Below are positions 39,412 through 54,306 of a stretch of 64,000 nucleotides of DNA, in pieces; position 1 is the stretch's first letter, and every line of letters starts with the position of its first letter. Position numbers and translations under genes: made by a program. Under the pieces are notes generated by a model that had not been told where the DNA came from, did no database searches, and saw only the letters and a program-made list of their open reading frames with translations. The DNA comes from an uncultured Chloroflexia bacterium (lineage in GTDB: Bacteria; Chloroflexota; Limnocylindria; Limnocylindrales; CSP1-4): assembly GCA_963752475.1 (NCBI GenBank), contig CAVVYR010000004.1, positions 96,001 through 160,000 of the forward strand. The letters are read 5' to 3'.

Positions 39412-41130
39412 GTGCCCATGGTGCCATCGGTGAGGATGCCGAATCGCCCGGCGACCTGTAGACGCTCGTGCAGCGTGGCCACCGTGCTCAGGCGGTCGAC
39501 CTCCGAGGGTGGCTTGTCGTCGCGGATGCGCACGATGCGCGGGAAGCGCAGCGCGAACCCCGACTTGTGCCGTGAGCTGGCATGGACGACATCGAAGGCG
39601 ATCTCGACCACGACCGTCGGCTCCACCGACCGGTAGCGCCCGAACCGCTCGACCGTATGCGCCTCGAACCACTTCGTCATCTCGGCGATCTCGGCATCGG
39701 TCAGGCCGCTGTAGGCCTTGCCCACGTTGACCAGCGCTCCTTCGGCCGTGCCGGGCCGGTCGTCGATGACCGCGAAGGTGTAGTCCGAGAGCACGCCGTG
39801 CCGTCGGCCATGCCCGACCTCCACGCCCACGACCACGCAGTCGAGCGTGGTCAGCGCCTTCTTCAGCTTCAGCCAGGCGTAGCCACGCCGGCCGGGAGCG
39901 TAGATCGACTCGGGGTCCTTCAGCATCAGCCCCTCGTTGCCTCGCTCCTGGGCCTCGTTGAAGATCCGCTCCAGCTCGGCCTCGTCGGCGGCATCGACGA
40001 GCGCGGCCAGACCGAACCCGGGCGTCGTGGGCAGGTCCAGTGCCTCCAATCGACGTCGACGCTCGCGCAGCGGTTCCCGGAGCAGCGGCTCGGACGGGCT
40101 CCCCTCCCCCAGCGCGAGTGCGTCGAAGGCCACGTAGATGACCGGCACGTCCGCGAGCACCTGCGCGGACGGTTTCTTGCGGCCGATGCGGGTCTGGAGC
40201 TGCAGGAAGGGCAGGACCAGGCCGTCCTTCCAGGCCAGGATCTCGCCGTCGAGGATGCCCTCCCAGGCCGCGGCACGAGCCGCGTCCACGATCTCGGGGA
40301 AGCCGCCGGTGATGTCGTTGAGGTCACGGCTGAAGAGACGCACCTCGTCGCCCTGGCGGTGGAGCTGTGCGCGGATGCCGTCGTACTTGTCCTCCACCCA
40401 CACCGGCGGTGCCAGTCGCTCAAGCGCCTCCGCCTCGTCGGCGACCGGGCTGGCCAACATCGACTTGAGCGGGTGAAAGAGGGAGAGTCGCACCGTGTCG
40501 AGAGCATCGTCGCCTGCCAGCTGCGCGGTGCGGCCGATATCGCCGGTGAGCATGCCCGCCCACTGCACGGCAGGCCAGGTCCTGCTCGAAGGCCCGGGCG
40601 ATGCCCTTCTCGAGGTGCCCGTCGCGGAGCCCGATGCGCAGCTCGCCACCGAGGATGGCGGTGAGGTAGCGCGCGCTCAGCGGATCGGCGCGTCTCAGTA
40701 GCCGGGCGAAGACCTCAGCCTTGGCGTCGCGCCCGCGGGTGGTGGCCAGGCGATCGTAGGCCTCGGCGACCTCGGCCAAGGCCAGGGGCCGGCCGTCGGG
40801 TTCGTGGCCGGCCTCGGCGAGCAGGTCGCCCACGGCGGTGCCCACGTCGGACGAACGGTCGTAGGCGCGGCCCATGGCGCCGGCATCAGCGCCAGCCACC
40901 TCCTGCACCACGGTCGTGATGGCTCGCCAACCGAGTCCGGTCTTGCGCTGGTCCCGCTCCGGGAATGGCCGCCCGCTCAGGAAGACGGCCGCGATGGGCA
41001 GAGCGGCCTCGTCGAGCGCACGCAGGTACTCGGCCACGATGGCCGATTTCTCCGTCGTCTTGGGCGTAGCCCGGATGGCCTCGGCGGTCTCCGCCCAGCG
41101 GAGCATGGTCCCGGTATCCTTCGGCGTCAT
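39408..41130 (-). CDS. ATP-dependent DNA ligase, frameshift near 40570
   Basis: N-terminal DNA-binding domain (GELRIG); EDKYDGIRAQ, LDGEI, AFD, EGLMLK, WLKLK, LRFPRIVRIRDDK. Confidence 0.88.
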
Positions 41131-41192
41131 CGGCCCATCCTAGGCGGCCGACACCCTTCCCAGCGTCCCGGCCTGGGTTAGCATCGGCGACC

Positions 41193-41774
41193 ATGGTCAC
41201 CGTCGAGCGTCAGGTCTGGCACCCATCCTCCATCAAAGGGCAACGGGTGGCGCTGCGGCATCACGCCTACGACGATCTGGGCGCGGTGCGGCGGTGGTAT
41301 CGCGACCCCGAGCTGGCGCGCCTCACACGCTACTCGCTGCGCCCGATGAGCGACGAGGACATCGACCGCTTCTTCCACACCCGCCTGATGTCGCCCGAGC
41401 AGGTGGGCTACGCCATCACCGTGCGCGACACGGGCCGGCTCATCGGTTCGACGACGTTCAGCAACCTCGATGCCGACAACGGCTCCACGCTGTTCCACAT
41501 CAGCATCGGCGAGCCCGATGCCTGGGACTACGGCTACGGCACCGAGGCCACCGAGCTGATGCTCTGGCTGGCCTTCGAGCGCATCGGGTTGCACCGTGTG
41601 GCGCTGTCGGTCTTCGGCTTCAACGAACGCGCTATCCGCAGCTACGAGAAGGCGGGGTTCGTCATCGAGGGACGTCACCGTGAGGCCATCGTCCGCGACG
41701 GCGAGCGGCATGACGAGCTGACGATGGGCATCCTCGCCGCTGAGTGGCGAGCGCGGCGCCCGGACGAGGGCTAG
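41193..41774 (+). CDS. RimJ/RimL family GNAT acetyltransferase
   Basis: GYGTEA, LHRVAL, NERAIRSYEKAGFVIEG. Confidence 0.88.
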   Translation: MVTVERQVWHPSSIKGQRVALRHHAYDDLGAVRRWYRDPELARLTRYSLRPMSDEDIDRFFHTRLMSPEQVGYAITVRDTGRLIGSTTFSNLDADNGSTLFHISIGEPDAWDYGYGTEATELMLWLAFERIGLHRVALSVFGFNERAIRSYEKAGFVIEGRHREAIVRDGERHDELTMGILAAEWRARRPDEG

Positions 41775-42391
41775 CCGAGGAGGAGCAACAGGCCCAACGC
41801 GACCATCACCAGTCCGCCGGCCACCGAGGTCCAGACAAGCCGCCGAGGGTCGCGGGCGAGGAAGAGGCGTGCACGCGCAGCCAGCACGGCCCAGGCGCCG
41901 TCGCTGACGATGGCGATGAGGCAGAAGAGGGCACCGAGCGCGATCATCTGGACGGCAACCGGGCCCGCGCCAGGCTCGACGTATCGCGGCAGCAGCGCGG
42001 CCAGGAAGACGACCGTCTTGGGGTTGGTGACACCGACCACGAAGCCATCGCGCCAGGGCCTGGTCGTCGGTGGCGGCGCGCTGATGTCCACTGCCCGCGC
42101 CGCATCGCCCCGATGGCGGATGGCCTGAAGCCCCAGCCATACGAGATAGGCGGCGCCGACGATCCTGAGCGACGCATAGACGAGATCGGAGCCGATGACG
42201 ATGACGCCGAGGCCGAGCGCGATGAAGACGGTCTGGACGAACACGCCGCTGGCGTTGCCCAGCACGGTCATCAGCGCGTTGTGCCGACCAGCGGCGATGG
42301 CCCGGCTGACCGCGAAGAGGACGCTGGGGCCGGGGACGACGATGACCGCGAACGAGACGGCGGCGAATCCGAGGACGGCGCTGACGTGCAT
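41771..42391 (-). CDS. LysE/RhtB family translocator
   Basis: VPGPS, GAAYLVWLG, GFVVGVTNPK. Confidence 0.9.
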   Translation of the reverse strand: MHVSAVLGFAAVSFAVIVVPGPSVLFAVSRAIAAGRHNALMTVLGNASGVFVQTVFIALGLGVIVIGSDLVYASLRIVGAAYLVWLGLQAIRHRGDAARAVDISAPPPTTRPWRDGFVVGVTNPKTVVFLAALLPRYVEPGAGPVAVQMIALGALFCLIAIVSDGAWAVLAARARLFLARDPRRLVWTSVAGGLVMVALGLLLLLG

Positions 42392-42472
42392 GTCACCATC
42401 CTCGCAGTCGATAGGGTGCGGATGCGCCGGTCTCGCTAGCCGCTTCGTCTTGGGGCTGCGATAATCTCTGAG

Positions 42473-42907
42473 ATGGACTCTATCGACCGCGATATCCTCC
42501 GTGAGCTCGAACGGGATGGACGCATGCGCTGGGGGGTGCTGGCCGCGCGCGTGCATCTCTCGCCCAATGCCGTCGCCGAGCGGGTGCGTCGCCTCCAACG
42601 CAGTGGCGTCATCGCCGGTTTCTCCGTGCGGCGCGATTGGACCACGCTGGGTCAGCCCATCCACGCCTACATCGACATCAAGCTCGTGCCCGGTGCCCAC
42701 CACGCGGCCTTCGAGGCCGAGCTCGGCTTGCACGAAGCGATCACGGAAGCCCACCACGTGACCGGCCGCTATGACTACCTCCTGAGCGGTCACTTCGCCG
42801 ATCTGCAGGCCGTGGACGGGCTGCTCGAAGCGTTGAAGCGTGATGGCTTGGTGGCCGAGTCCGAGACCCGTTTTGTCCTGCGCTCGGTCGAAGCGGCCTC
42901 GCTGTAG
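42473..42907 (+). CDS. Lrp/AsnC family regulator
   Basis: MDSIDRDILRELERDGR...HLSPNAVAERVRRL; VTGRYDYL; divergent from the LysE gene. Confidence 0.9.
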   Translation: MDSIDRDILRELERDGRMRWGVLAARVHLSPNAVAERVRRLQRSGVIAGFSVRRDWTTLGQPIHAYIDIKLVPGAHHAAFEAELGLHEAITEAHHVTGRYDYLLSGHFADLQAVDGLLEALKRDGLVAESETRFVLRSVEAASL

Positions 42908-42912
42908 TCATC

Positions 42913-43061
42913 CGTCGCCACCATCGACCGTAGTCGACCTCGTAGTCACCGACGCAGGTCATTTCGGCGCCGAAATCGGTCTGCTCGATAGTCAGGCGTC
43001 GACCGGGGCGACGCGTGACGACGACCGGCGATCGGATGGCGGACTACGGTCGACTCCGACG
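42913..43061. repeat. Long hairpin element (REP/MITE-like)
   Basis: TCGACCGTAGTC (42924-42935) / GACTACGGTCGA (43042-43053) perfect 12-bp inverted repeat; internal perfect palindrome ATTTCGGCGCCGAAAT (42961-42976). Confidence 0.55.
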
Positions 43062-43092
43062 ACAGGTGTCCACCGGAAGACGCCAGACGGAA

Positions 43093-43210
43093 CGGGAGCG
43101 TCGGTGGGGGCGACGGGTGACCACGAGCCTGCGGGAGCGTCGGTGGGGGCGACGGGTGACCACGAGCCTGCGGGAGCGTCGGTGGGGGCGACGGGTGACC
43201 ATGAGCCTGC
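43093..43210. repeat. 39-bp tandem repeat, 3 copies
   Basis: CGGGAGCGTCGGTGGGGGCGACGGGTGACCACGAGCCTG at 43093, 43132 and 43171; no spacers. Confidence 0.92.
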
Positions 43211-43325
43211 CGTCGGAAGCATGCCCGACCCAAGTCGAGTGCCACGCCGGGGCATTGCGACCGCCGGAATCAGAACGGGCGCCCGGCTCGAGGCCGGACG
43301 CCCGCGGAGTTGCGGGGTGGGGTGA

Positions 43326-44350
43326 CTACGCGGTCGGCGTGAGGTTCGCCGGAGCACTCCACGAGTGCAGCGTGCGGATGTACTGGGCGCGCTCGAACGT
43401 GCCCGGATCCTCGACGCTGCCCTGGCTGGCGGAACCGCGCAGCTGGGTCACGGAGCTGTACTCGTTCTCCACGAGCCAGGTCCGCATCTCGGACTCGATA
43501 TCCGCGATCTTGCCGGGGCCGTCACGGAGGACCGCAGAGGCCAGCATGGCCACATCAGCGCCGACCATCACGGCCTTCACCGCATCGCTGCCGCTGTGGA
43601 TGCCCGACGTGGCCGCGATGGACACGTCCGGACCAAGCTGCGGCCGCAGGATGGCGGTCCAGCGCATCGGCAGGCGGAGCTCCGAGGGATGGCTCAGGCT
43701 CACCCGCGGCACGACCGCGAGCTCCTCGAGGTCGATATCCGGCTGGTAGAAGCGGTTGAACAGGACAAGCCCGTTGGCACCCGCCTCGATGACCTTGCCG
43801 GCGAAATTGGAGAGCGACGAGTAGTACGGGCTCAGCTTCACCGCCAGCGGGATGGCCACGGCCGAGCGCACGGCCGCGATGAGCTCGAGGTCTTCATCCT
43901 CGATCTCGACCGCGTTCTTGGTGCGGTCGACGCTGATGCGATAGAGGTTCAGCTCCAGTGCGTCGGCGCCCGAGTCGGCCATGAGCTTGGCGAAGCGGAC
44001 CCAGCCACCCACCGAGTTGGCGTTGAGGCTGGCGATGATAGGCACTGACGCCTGCTTCTTCAGGGTCTCGAGCGAGCGCAGGTAGCGGTCACCCTCACCG
44101 ATGAACGTGTCGACCTCGGGGAAGTAGTCGAGCGCTTCAGCGAAGCCCTCGGTGCCCTGGTCGAGCGAGGCCGCGAGCTCGAGCTCCTCGTTCTCGATCT
44201 CCTCCTCGAAGAGGCTGGGCATGACGATCGCACCAGCGCCGGCCTCCTCGAACTTGGCGACCGCGTCCGGCTCACGCGTCAGCGGGTTGGCCGAGACCAC
44301 GAGCGGCGAACGAAGCTCGAGCCCCAAGTAGCGGGTGCTGAGATCGACGG

Positions 44351-44354
<4 letters not shown>
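43326..44354 (-). CDS. Dihydroorotate dehydrogenase-like flavoprotein
   Basis: YLGLELRSPL, SLFEE, ALELN, AVKLSP, VLFNRFYQPDID, SGIH; coupled to PFOR. Confidence 0.85.
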
Positions 44355-47992
<3,638 letters not shown>

Positions 47993-48347
47993 GTGCCGGG
48001 CCTCCTTGGTGAAATGGATTGTGGGCACCCGTTGTCTGTGGGTGGACTCAGGGTCAGCGTCGTACCCGCGGCCAAGGGGGAGGTCGCGGGTCGAGACCAA
48101 GTGTGCACGGCAACCCGACACCAGAGCAGGGCCACTAGGCCCCCACTCGAGCGGGTGAGCGGTCATCTCTATCGCGGACCACCGGCCCCTGCGCGGTGAG
48201 GGGTGCTGGGGGGCGGTGTGGTGCGTTGACGCCTACACGACGTGCGCATGTCGGGCTAGCCCTACCTCAGAATGGGGGTCTGCCGGCTTGGACCCGCCGC
48301 CGGGCGACGGGTACGCTTCAGGTCCAGAAACGAGAGGACGAGGAGTA

Positions 48348-49412
48348 ATGGAACGAAACGTATTGCGAGCGCTCTTGCTCGCCATGACCGTGCTGCTGAT
48401 CGGCGCGCTGCCGGCAGCAGCCCAATCCGAGGATCAGGGCTGGCTGCTGGCCAACCAGGACGACACCGTCACCATCGCCATCGAGCGTGACGTCTTCGTC
48501 GGTCCTGCAGAGCAGGCCGACTTCATCCTGGTGACCGAGGGCGAGGCCCTCATCGAGGGCAGTGTCGAGAGCCTCATCGGTGCTGAGGCTGACATCACCG
48601 TCAGCGGCTCCACCGCGCGCGTTGAGAACCTCTTCGCCTTCAGCGGCACGCTCACGCTGGAGGACGGCGCCACCATCGGTGAGGGCTACTTCTCGGACAC
48701 CGAGCCCGTGGTGGACGAGACGGTCATCATCGAGAGCGGCGAGCTCAGCGACATCCGCGAGGACGTCGCTGGCTGGCTCGCGGCCGTGGCCGTGCTGCTG
48801 ATCGTCGTGCTCATCTTCCTGGCCGTCGGCGGCATCATCGCGATGCTCTTCATGACGCTCCTGGTCATCGCCTTCGGCACCGACCAGACCCGTCGTGCCG
48901 GCTCGATGATCAGCAATGACGTGCTCAAGACCATCGTCGTGGGCCTGTTGATGCTGGTCGTACCCAGCATCGTCATCGGCCTCCTCTTCGCCACCATCGT
49001 GGGCATCCCGCTGGCGCTGGTGCTGGCGATCATGTGGGGCGTCGTCGTCTTCCTCGGCCAGGTCGTCGTGGCCACCTGGATCGGCGAGCGCATCCTGCCC
49101 CGGGCCCGCACGGCCGGGCGTCCCTACGGCGCCGCCTTCCTGGGCATGCTGATCCTGATCCTGCTCTGGTGGACCGGTATCGTGCCGCTCCTCGCCGGGA
49201 TCTTCGGCACCGGTGCGGTGACCCTCGCCGGCTGGCGCATGCTGCGCGGTGGCGGTACCCCGCCGGTGCCTCCGGGCTACGGCGATCAGTACGGCCAGCC
49301 CATGCAGGTCGCGCCGCCGCCCTACGCTCCTCCGCCCTACGCGCCGCCTCCGCCGCAGGGCAACTGGCCGCCGCAGGGTGGGCAGCCGCCCGGCAGCTGG
49401 CCCCAGGGTTAG
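48348..49412 (+). CDS. Membrane protein with signal peptide, acidic extracellular domain, TM bundle and Pro-rich tail
   Basis: AAA|QSED signal; TIVGIPLALV TM region; PPPYAPPPYAPPP tail; AGGAG RBS. Confidence 0.7.
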   Translation: MERNVLRALLLAMTVLLIGALPAAAQSEDQGWLLANQDDTVTIAIERDVFVGPAEQADFILVTEGEALIEGSVESLIGAEADITVSGSTARVENLFAFSGTLTLEDGATIGEGYFSDTEPVVDETVIIESGELSDIREDVAGWLAAVAVLLIVVLIFLAVGGIIAMLFMTLLVIAFGTDQTRRAGSMISNDVLKTIVVGLLMLVVPSIVIGLLFATIVGIPLALVLAIMWGVVVFLGQVVVATWIGERILPRARTAGRPYGAAFLGMLILILLWWTGIVPLLAGIFGTGAVTLAGWRMLRGGGTPPVPPGYGDQYGQPMQVAPPPYAPPPYAPPPPQGNWPPQGGQPPGSWPQG

Positions 49413-49425
49413 GCCATAACGGAAC

Positions 49426-49468
49426 GGCCCCGTCGCTCGGTCACCAGACCGGACGGCGGGGCTTCTTC
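49426..49468. terminator. Hairpin terminator between convergent genes
   Basis: GCCCCGTCG..CGGT-CACCAG-ACCG..CGGCGGGGC followed by TTCTT. Confidence 0.55.
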
Positions 49469-49479
49469 GTGGGTCGACC

Positions 49480-50352
49480 TCAGCCGCGCTGGGTCAAGGA
49501 GCCCCCGGGATCGACGATGATCGGCCGCAGCCCCTGTCGCAGGAACCAGCTCTCACGCGTGAGCAGGCCGTCGATGCGAGCCAGGCGGTCGACCGTGTCC
49601 GGCGCTTCGAGCAACTCCTGGCGAGCGGCCAGGTCGACCTGGATGAGCGCGGTGAGCACGTAGGACAGCGCTGTCGGATCGTCCGTCCCCGTCAGCCGAC
49701 GAGCCGCGGCCATGAGCAGCTCGCGCCGCTGCTCGGGCGAGAGGTCGGACGCGTCCAACTCCTGGACCAGGGCATCGGTGGCCTCGCCCAGGACACCATC
49801 GTCCCCTTCGGCCGACGCCGCCGGGGGCTCCGCGACCGCGGCATCGGGCGGCTCGCCGGACTCGTCCGCGTCGTCGTCCACCTCTACCTCGAACTCGATC
49901 TCGATCTCCGGGCCGTCCTCGGCGCCCTCGGGCTGGAGCAGCTCGAGGTATTCGATGAAGCGCCGGCCCACCCGCTCGGCGCGGTCGCTGGCCTCTGCCT
50001 CCGATCCGGTGGGCTCATCGAGCAGGCTGACCCTGCCGACGAGGTACGGCTCCGAGACGGTGTCCACATCCTCCAGGCGGAAGCGCTGCTGGCCCACGGT
50101 CAGGACGTCCAGCCGGCCGTCCGGGTAGGTGCCGGCACGGCGGATGGCGGCGGTGGTGCCGACGGCCGCGACCTGACCCTTGAGCGGACCGACCTCGCGG
50201 CCCTCACGCAGGAGCACCACACCGAACGGCTCTCCGCGCTCGATGCAGCGGTTGATCATCAGGCGGTAGCGCTCCTCGAAGATGTGCAGCGGGAGGGCCA
50301 CACCAGGGCAGAGCACGGAGCGGAGCGGGAACAGCGGAATCTCGATCACCAT
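49480..50352 (-). CDS. LON peptidase substrate-binding domain protein
   Basis: IPLFPL, LPLHIFEERYRLMI, FGVV, VGT, GQQRFR. Confidence 0.85.
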   Translation of the reverse strand: MVIEIPLFPLRSVLCPGVALPLHIFEERYRLMINRCIERGEPFGVVLLREGREVGPLKGQVAAVGTTAAIRRAGTYPDGRLDVLTVGQQRFRLEDVDTVSEPYLVGRVSLLDEPTGSEAEASDRAERVGRRFIEYLELLQPEGAEDGPEIEIEFEVEVDDDADESGEPPDAAVAEPPAASAEGDDGVLGEATDALVQELDASDLSPEQRRELLMAAARRLTGTDDPTALSYVLTALIQVDLAARQELLEAPDTVDRLARIDGLLTRESWFLRQGLRPIIVDPGGSLTQRG

Positions 50353-50422
50353 CGAATCCTTGCAGGAATCAGAAAGGCGAGCCCGGCGGGCCCGCCTCTG
50401 GCTGGGAAGTCGGGTCAGCCGA

Positions 50423-50842
50423 TCAGTGGCCGCAGGCGCCCGGTGCACCGGCCGACTCCTCGGTGCGGAAGCTGCTGCCGCAGCCGCAACCGGAGACGGC
50501 GTTGGGATTGTTGACCGTGAAGCCGGCGCCCATGAGCGTGTCGACGTAGTCGATCTCCGAGCCCGTGAGCAGCTGCGTGGACTGCGGGTCGACGTAGACG
50601 TTGATGCCCTTCGACTCGACCTTGATGTCCTCGGCGGCCGGCTGGTCCTCGAGCATCATGCCGTAGCGGTAGCCGCTGCAGCCGCCGCTGTAGACGTACA
50701 CGCGCAGGCCGACGTTCGGGTCGGCCTCTTCCTTGGTCAGCTCGGTGAGCTTCTCGACGGCCGCGTCGGAGAGCGTGACGAGCGGAGTCTCGGTCTCGGT
50801 GGACGGGACGTTCTCTGGGGTCTGGGGCTGCGTCTCGAGCAT
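50423..50842 (-). CDS. HesB/IscA/ErpA Fe-S carrier protein
   Basis: GGCSGYRY, NPNAVSGCGCGSSF. Confidence 0.92.
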   Translation of the reverse strand: MLETQPQTPENVPSTETETPLVTLSDAAVEKLTELTKEEADPNVGLRVYVYSGGCSGYRYGMMLEDQPAAEDIKVESKGINVYVDPQSTQLLTGSEIDYVDTLMGAGFTVNNPNAVSGCGCGSSFRTEESAGAPGACGH

Positions 50843-51029
50843 CGAGGGGACCTCCGGGGGTGAGTCAGACTGCGGACGATCCGTGTGGATCACGGGCTTA
50901 AATCCTACCCGCACGGTAAGGATTGGGCAAGCACCGGGGCCAGAGGTTCGAGCAGGTGCGGTCCGCGCCAGAGGGATGCCGTACGCCCGGGTGGTGGGTT
51001 CTACCGTCCGCGGGGGGCACGCTTCGACC

Positions 51030-51608
51030 ATGCCCCGCGCTGTCCCTCGCACCGTCGCGTTCGCCACCATCTTGGCCATGCTGCTCGCGCTCGTGGCCGT
51101 GGGCCCCACGTCGGCCGGCTCGGTCAAGCGCGACCCTGGTGCCGAGGCCTATGCGCTGCAGCTGCTCAACTGCACCCGGACCGGAGGCTTCGTGCGGGCG
51201 AACGGCACCTGTGCCGGTCGGGGTAGCGGCAAGTATTCGGTCAAGCGCAGGCCACTGCGGATGCATCGGAACATCAGGGCCACGGTGGCCTGGCCGTGGG
51301 CCCGCACGATGGTCGTCCACGACGCCTGCGCCCACGCCATCACGGGCAAGCCGAACCTGACGAGGCGATTGCGTAGCAGGGGCTTCCGCGCCGGGACCTA
51401 CGGGGAGAACGTGGGCTGTGGCTGGGGCTCCGGCGACACGCGGGCGATCGTCCTGGCCACGCATCGTGCCATGCAGGCCGAGAAGAAAGCCAACGGCGGC
51501 CACTGGCAGAACATCAAGAACCCCGCCTACAAGAGCGTGGGCATCGGCGTGGCCAAGGGCAACGGCCGCGTGATGGTCGTGTGGGATTTCTACAGCAGGC
51601 GCTCCTAG
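51030..51608 (+). CDS. Secreted CAP/SCP domain protein
   Basis: Signal peptide; GENVG, GHWQNIKNP, VGIGVA, VVWDF. Confidence 0.75.
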   Translation: MPRAVPRTVAFATILAMLLALVAVGPTSAGSVKRDPGAEAYALQLLNCTRTGGFVRANGTCAGRGSGKYSVKRRPLRMHRNIRATVAWPWARTMVVHDACAHAITGKPNLTRRLRSRGFRAGTYGENVGCGWGSGDTRAIVLATHRAMQAEKKANGGHWQNIKNPAYKSVGIGVAKGNGRVMVVWDFYSRRS

Positions 51609-52844
51609 TCACTCCGCCACGTTCTCCACGATCGTGGCGATGCCCTGCCCCACCCCGATGCACATCGTGGCCAGGCCGTAGCGAGCGTGACGACGTCGCA
51701 GCTCGTGCACCAGCATCGTCATCAGCCGCGCGCCGCTCATGCCCAGCGGGTGTCCGAGCGCGATGGCGCCACCGTTGACGTTCACGCGCTCGGGGTCCAG
51801 ACCGAGCTCACGCATGCAGGCGACCGACTGGCTGGCGAAGGCCTCGTTGAGCTCGATGAGGTCGATCCGATCGATCTCCAGATCAGCGCGGGCGAGCGCC
51901 TTCTGCGTCGCCGGGACCGGACCCATGCCCATGACCGAAGGGTGCACGCCGGCCACGGCGGTGCTCACGATGCGCGCCAGCGGCCGCAGCCCGAGCGCCC
52001 GAGCGCGCTCAGCCTCGGCCATCACCAGCGCGGCCGCGCCGTCGTTGATGCCCGAGGCATTGCCGGCGGTCACGGTCCCGCTGCCATCGTCGCGGAAGAC
52101 CGGCTTGAGCCCGGCCAGGACTTCGGAGGTGGTGCCGGGTCGCGGGTGCTCGTCCCGGTCGATGGTGCTGGTGCTGCCGTCCGGCTCGGGCACGGTCACC
52201 GGGACCAGTTGTCCGTCGAAGCGACCGGCCTCGATGGCGGCTGCGGCACGCGCCTGGCTGCGAGCCGCGAACTCATCCTGCTCGGCACGGCTGACCCCGA
52301 ATCGCTCGGCCACGATCTCGGCCGTCTCGCCCAGCGTGACCACGGGGTAGGCCTCGTCGAGGCGCGGGTTCACGAAGCGCCAGCCGAGCTTGGAATCGGC
52401 ACGCTGTGGCGGCGCTGTGGGATCGTCCGGATCGGGCCTGAGCTCGACGAACGGAGCTCGCGACATCGACTCCACGCCGCCGGCCACGACCACCTCCGCG
52501 TCGCCGGCCATGATCGCATGAGCCGCAGTGTTGACCGCCTGAAGGCCCGAGCCGCAGAGCCGGTTGACCGTCTGCCCGGCGACCTCCACCGGCAGGCCCG
52601 CCAGCAGCACCGCCATCCGCGCGACGTTGCGGTTCTCTTCGCCGGCACCATTGGCATTGCCCAGGACCACGTCATCGACAGCCGACGGGTCCACTCCCGA
52701 GCGCTCGACGGCCGCGGCTACGACGAGCGCTGCGAGGTCGTCGGGTCGGGCCCGTGCGAGCGCACCACCGAAGCGCCCGATGGGCGTCCGCACCGCCTCG
52801 GTGATCCAGACCTCGCGCAGCGGTCGCGTCAGATCGCGGGTCAT
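51609..52844 (-). CDS. Acetyl-CoA C-acyltransferase (thiolase, PcaF/PaaJ-like)
   Basis: [48 protein letters not shown]. Confidence 0.93.
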   Translation of the reverse strand: MTRDLTRPLREVWITEAVRTPIGRFGGALARARPDDLAALVVAAAVERSGVDPSAVDDVVLGNANGAGEENRNVARMAVLLAGLPVEVAGQTVNRLCGSGLQAVNTAAHAIMAGDAEVVVAGGVESMSRAPFVELRPDPDDPTAPPQRADSKLGWRFVNPRLDEAYPVVTLGETAEIVAERFGVSRAEQDEFAARSQARAAAAIEAGRFDGQLVPVTVPEPDGSTSTIDRDEHPRPGTTSEVLAGLKPVFRDDGSGTVTAGNASGINDGAAALVMAEAERARALGLRPLARIVSTAVAGVHPSVMGMGPVPATQKALARADLEIDRIDLIELNEAFASQSVACMRELGLDPERVNVNGGAIALGHPLGMSGARLMTMLVHELRRRHARYGLATMCIGVGQGIATIVENVAE

Positions 52845-53611
52845 GGCGCGGCCGACCGTGCGCGGCGGAAGAACTGGGTCATGGCCGGGTTGAAGATGCC
52901 TGGCCGTTCGGCCTCGACGACATGGCCGCAGTCGGGCACCACCAGCAGCTTGCCCTGGGGCAGCTGTCGCTTGACCCGAACGGCCTCGTCGAGCGGCATC
53001 CAGGGGTCGTCGTCGCCGACCGCCAGCAGCACCGGCAGCCGGATCCTCCGCAGCTCCTCGGGCATGACCTCGGTCAGGTGCTGGCTGTCCTCACCGATGG
53101 CCTCGAGCAAGCGGCGCCAGGCGCCCTCACCCTGGTGTGGGTCGTGGCGCTGCTGCAGCTCGGCTGCCCAGACCGGGTCCTCAGCCAGGATCTTGTCGGG
53201 GTCCATGCGCACACGCGCCACGCTGGCAGCCGGTTCCGGTCGCAGCGCCGGTCCGATGACCAGCATCGAGTCCACGCGCTCAGGCTCACGAGCGGCCAGT
53301 TCGACGGCGGTCCGGGCGCCCATCGAGAGGCCCATGATGTGGAACCGCTCGAGGCCAAGGGCATCGACGAAGGCGAGGGCATCGTCGACGAGCGCGGTGC
53401 GAGACCAGCCCTCGCGGACGTCGAAGACCGTACGGTGATGGGCGCGCGCATCGGGCATGAAGAGCGTGAAGTCCGGGCGCAGCAGCGGCCGCTGGGCACC
53501 CCAGTCGTGGACCCCCATCGAGGTCGCGCCGTGGAGCATGAGCAGGGGCGGTCCCTGCCCCTCGGTGACGTAATGGATGTCGAGCCCGTTGGCCCGGACG
53601 GTGGCGCTCAT
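52841..53611 (-). CDS. Alpha/beta fold hydrolase
   Basis: LHG, GLSMG nucleophile elbow, GDDD, CGH. Confidence 0.88.
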   Translation of the reverse strand: MSATVRANGLDIHYVTEGQGPPLLMLHGATSMGVHDWGAQRPLLRPDFTLFMPDARAHHRTVFDVREGWSRTALVDDALAFVDALGLERFHIMGLSMGARTAVELAAREPERVDSMLVIGPALRPEPAASVARVRMDPDKILAEDPVWAAELQQRHDPHQGEGAWRRLLEAIGEDSQHLTEVMPEELRRIRLPVLLAVGDDDPWMPLDEAVRVKRQLPQGKLLVVPDCGHVVEAERPGIFNPAMTQFFRRARSAAP

Positions 53612-53661
53612 CGACGCTGATGTTCGCACGTCCGCGCGGCCGCCTCGCGTAGGCTGTGCCG

Positions 53662-54306
53662 ATGACCAGCGAGGAGCTCCGCATCCGACGGGTGCCGGCC
53701 CGGGCCCACTACGACCGCGCCACCATCGACGACATCGTCGACGCGGCCCTCATCGCCCACGTGGGCACGGTGCATGACGGACGGCCGGTGGTCATCCCCA
53801 TGCTGGCCGTGCGCGACGGCGACTGGCTGCTCCTGCACGGCGCTCACGCGTCGGGCACGTTCCGCCGCGGCCGAGGCCAACCGGTCTGCGTGGAGATGAC
53901 GCTGCTCGATGGACTGGTGCTCGCGCGCTCGGCCTTCCATCACTCCTTGAACTACCGCTCGGTGGTCATCCACGGCGAAGCGGAGTCCATCACCGATGAG
54001 GCGGCGCGGCGCCGGGCGCTCGACCTGTTCGTGGAGCGGCTTACCCCCGGCCGCAACGAGCAGCTCCGACCGATGAGTCACGCGGAGCTGCGGCAGACGG
54101 GGGTCATGCGCGTCTCGCTCGAGCGTGCCTCCGCCAAGGTCCGCACCGGTGCGCCGGTCGACGAGGACGAGGACTACGACTGGCCGGTGTGGGCCGGTGT
54201 GCTGCCGGTGGCGACCGCCATCGGCCAGCCGCAGCCCGATCCGAAGCTGAGCGATGGCATCGGGGTCCCGCCGCACGTGCGCGATCTGGCGGACACCACG
54301 CGCTAG
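53662..54306 (+). CDS. Pyridoxamine 5'-phosphate oxidase-like (NimA-like) flavin-binding protein
   Basis: DGLVLARSAFHHSLNYRSVV, SAKVRTG, WAGVLP. Confidence 0.88.
   Translation: MTSEELRIRRVPARAHYDRATIDDIVDAALIAHVGTVHDGRPVVIPMLAVRDGDWLLLHGAHASGTFRRGRGQPVCVEMTLLDGLVLARSAFHHSLNYRSVVIHGEAESITDEAARRRALDLFVERLTPGRNEQLRPMSHAELRQTGVMRVSLERASAKVRTGAPVDEDEDYDWPVWAGVLPVATAIGQPQPDPKLSDGIGVPPHVRDLADTTR

Noticed and set aside
43093-43210. Possible CRISPR array (39-bp repeats with an internal hairpin)
   Set aside because: Units are contiguous with no unique spacers and no cas genes are nearby.
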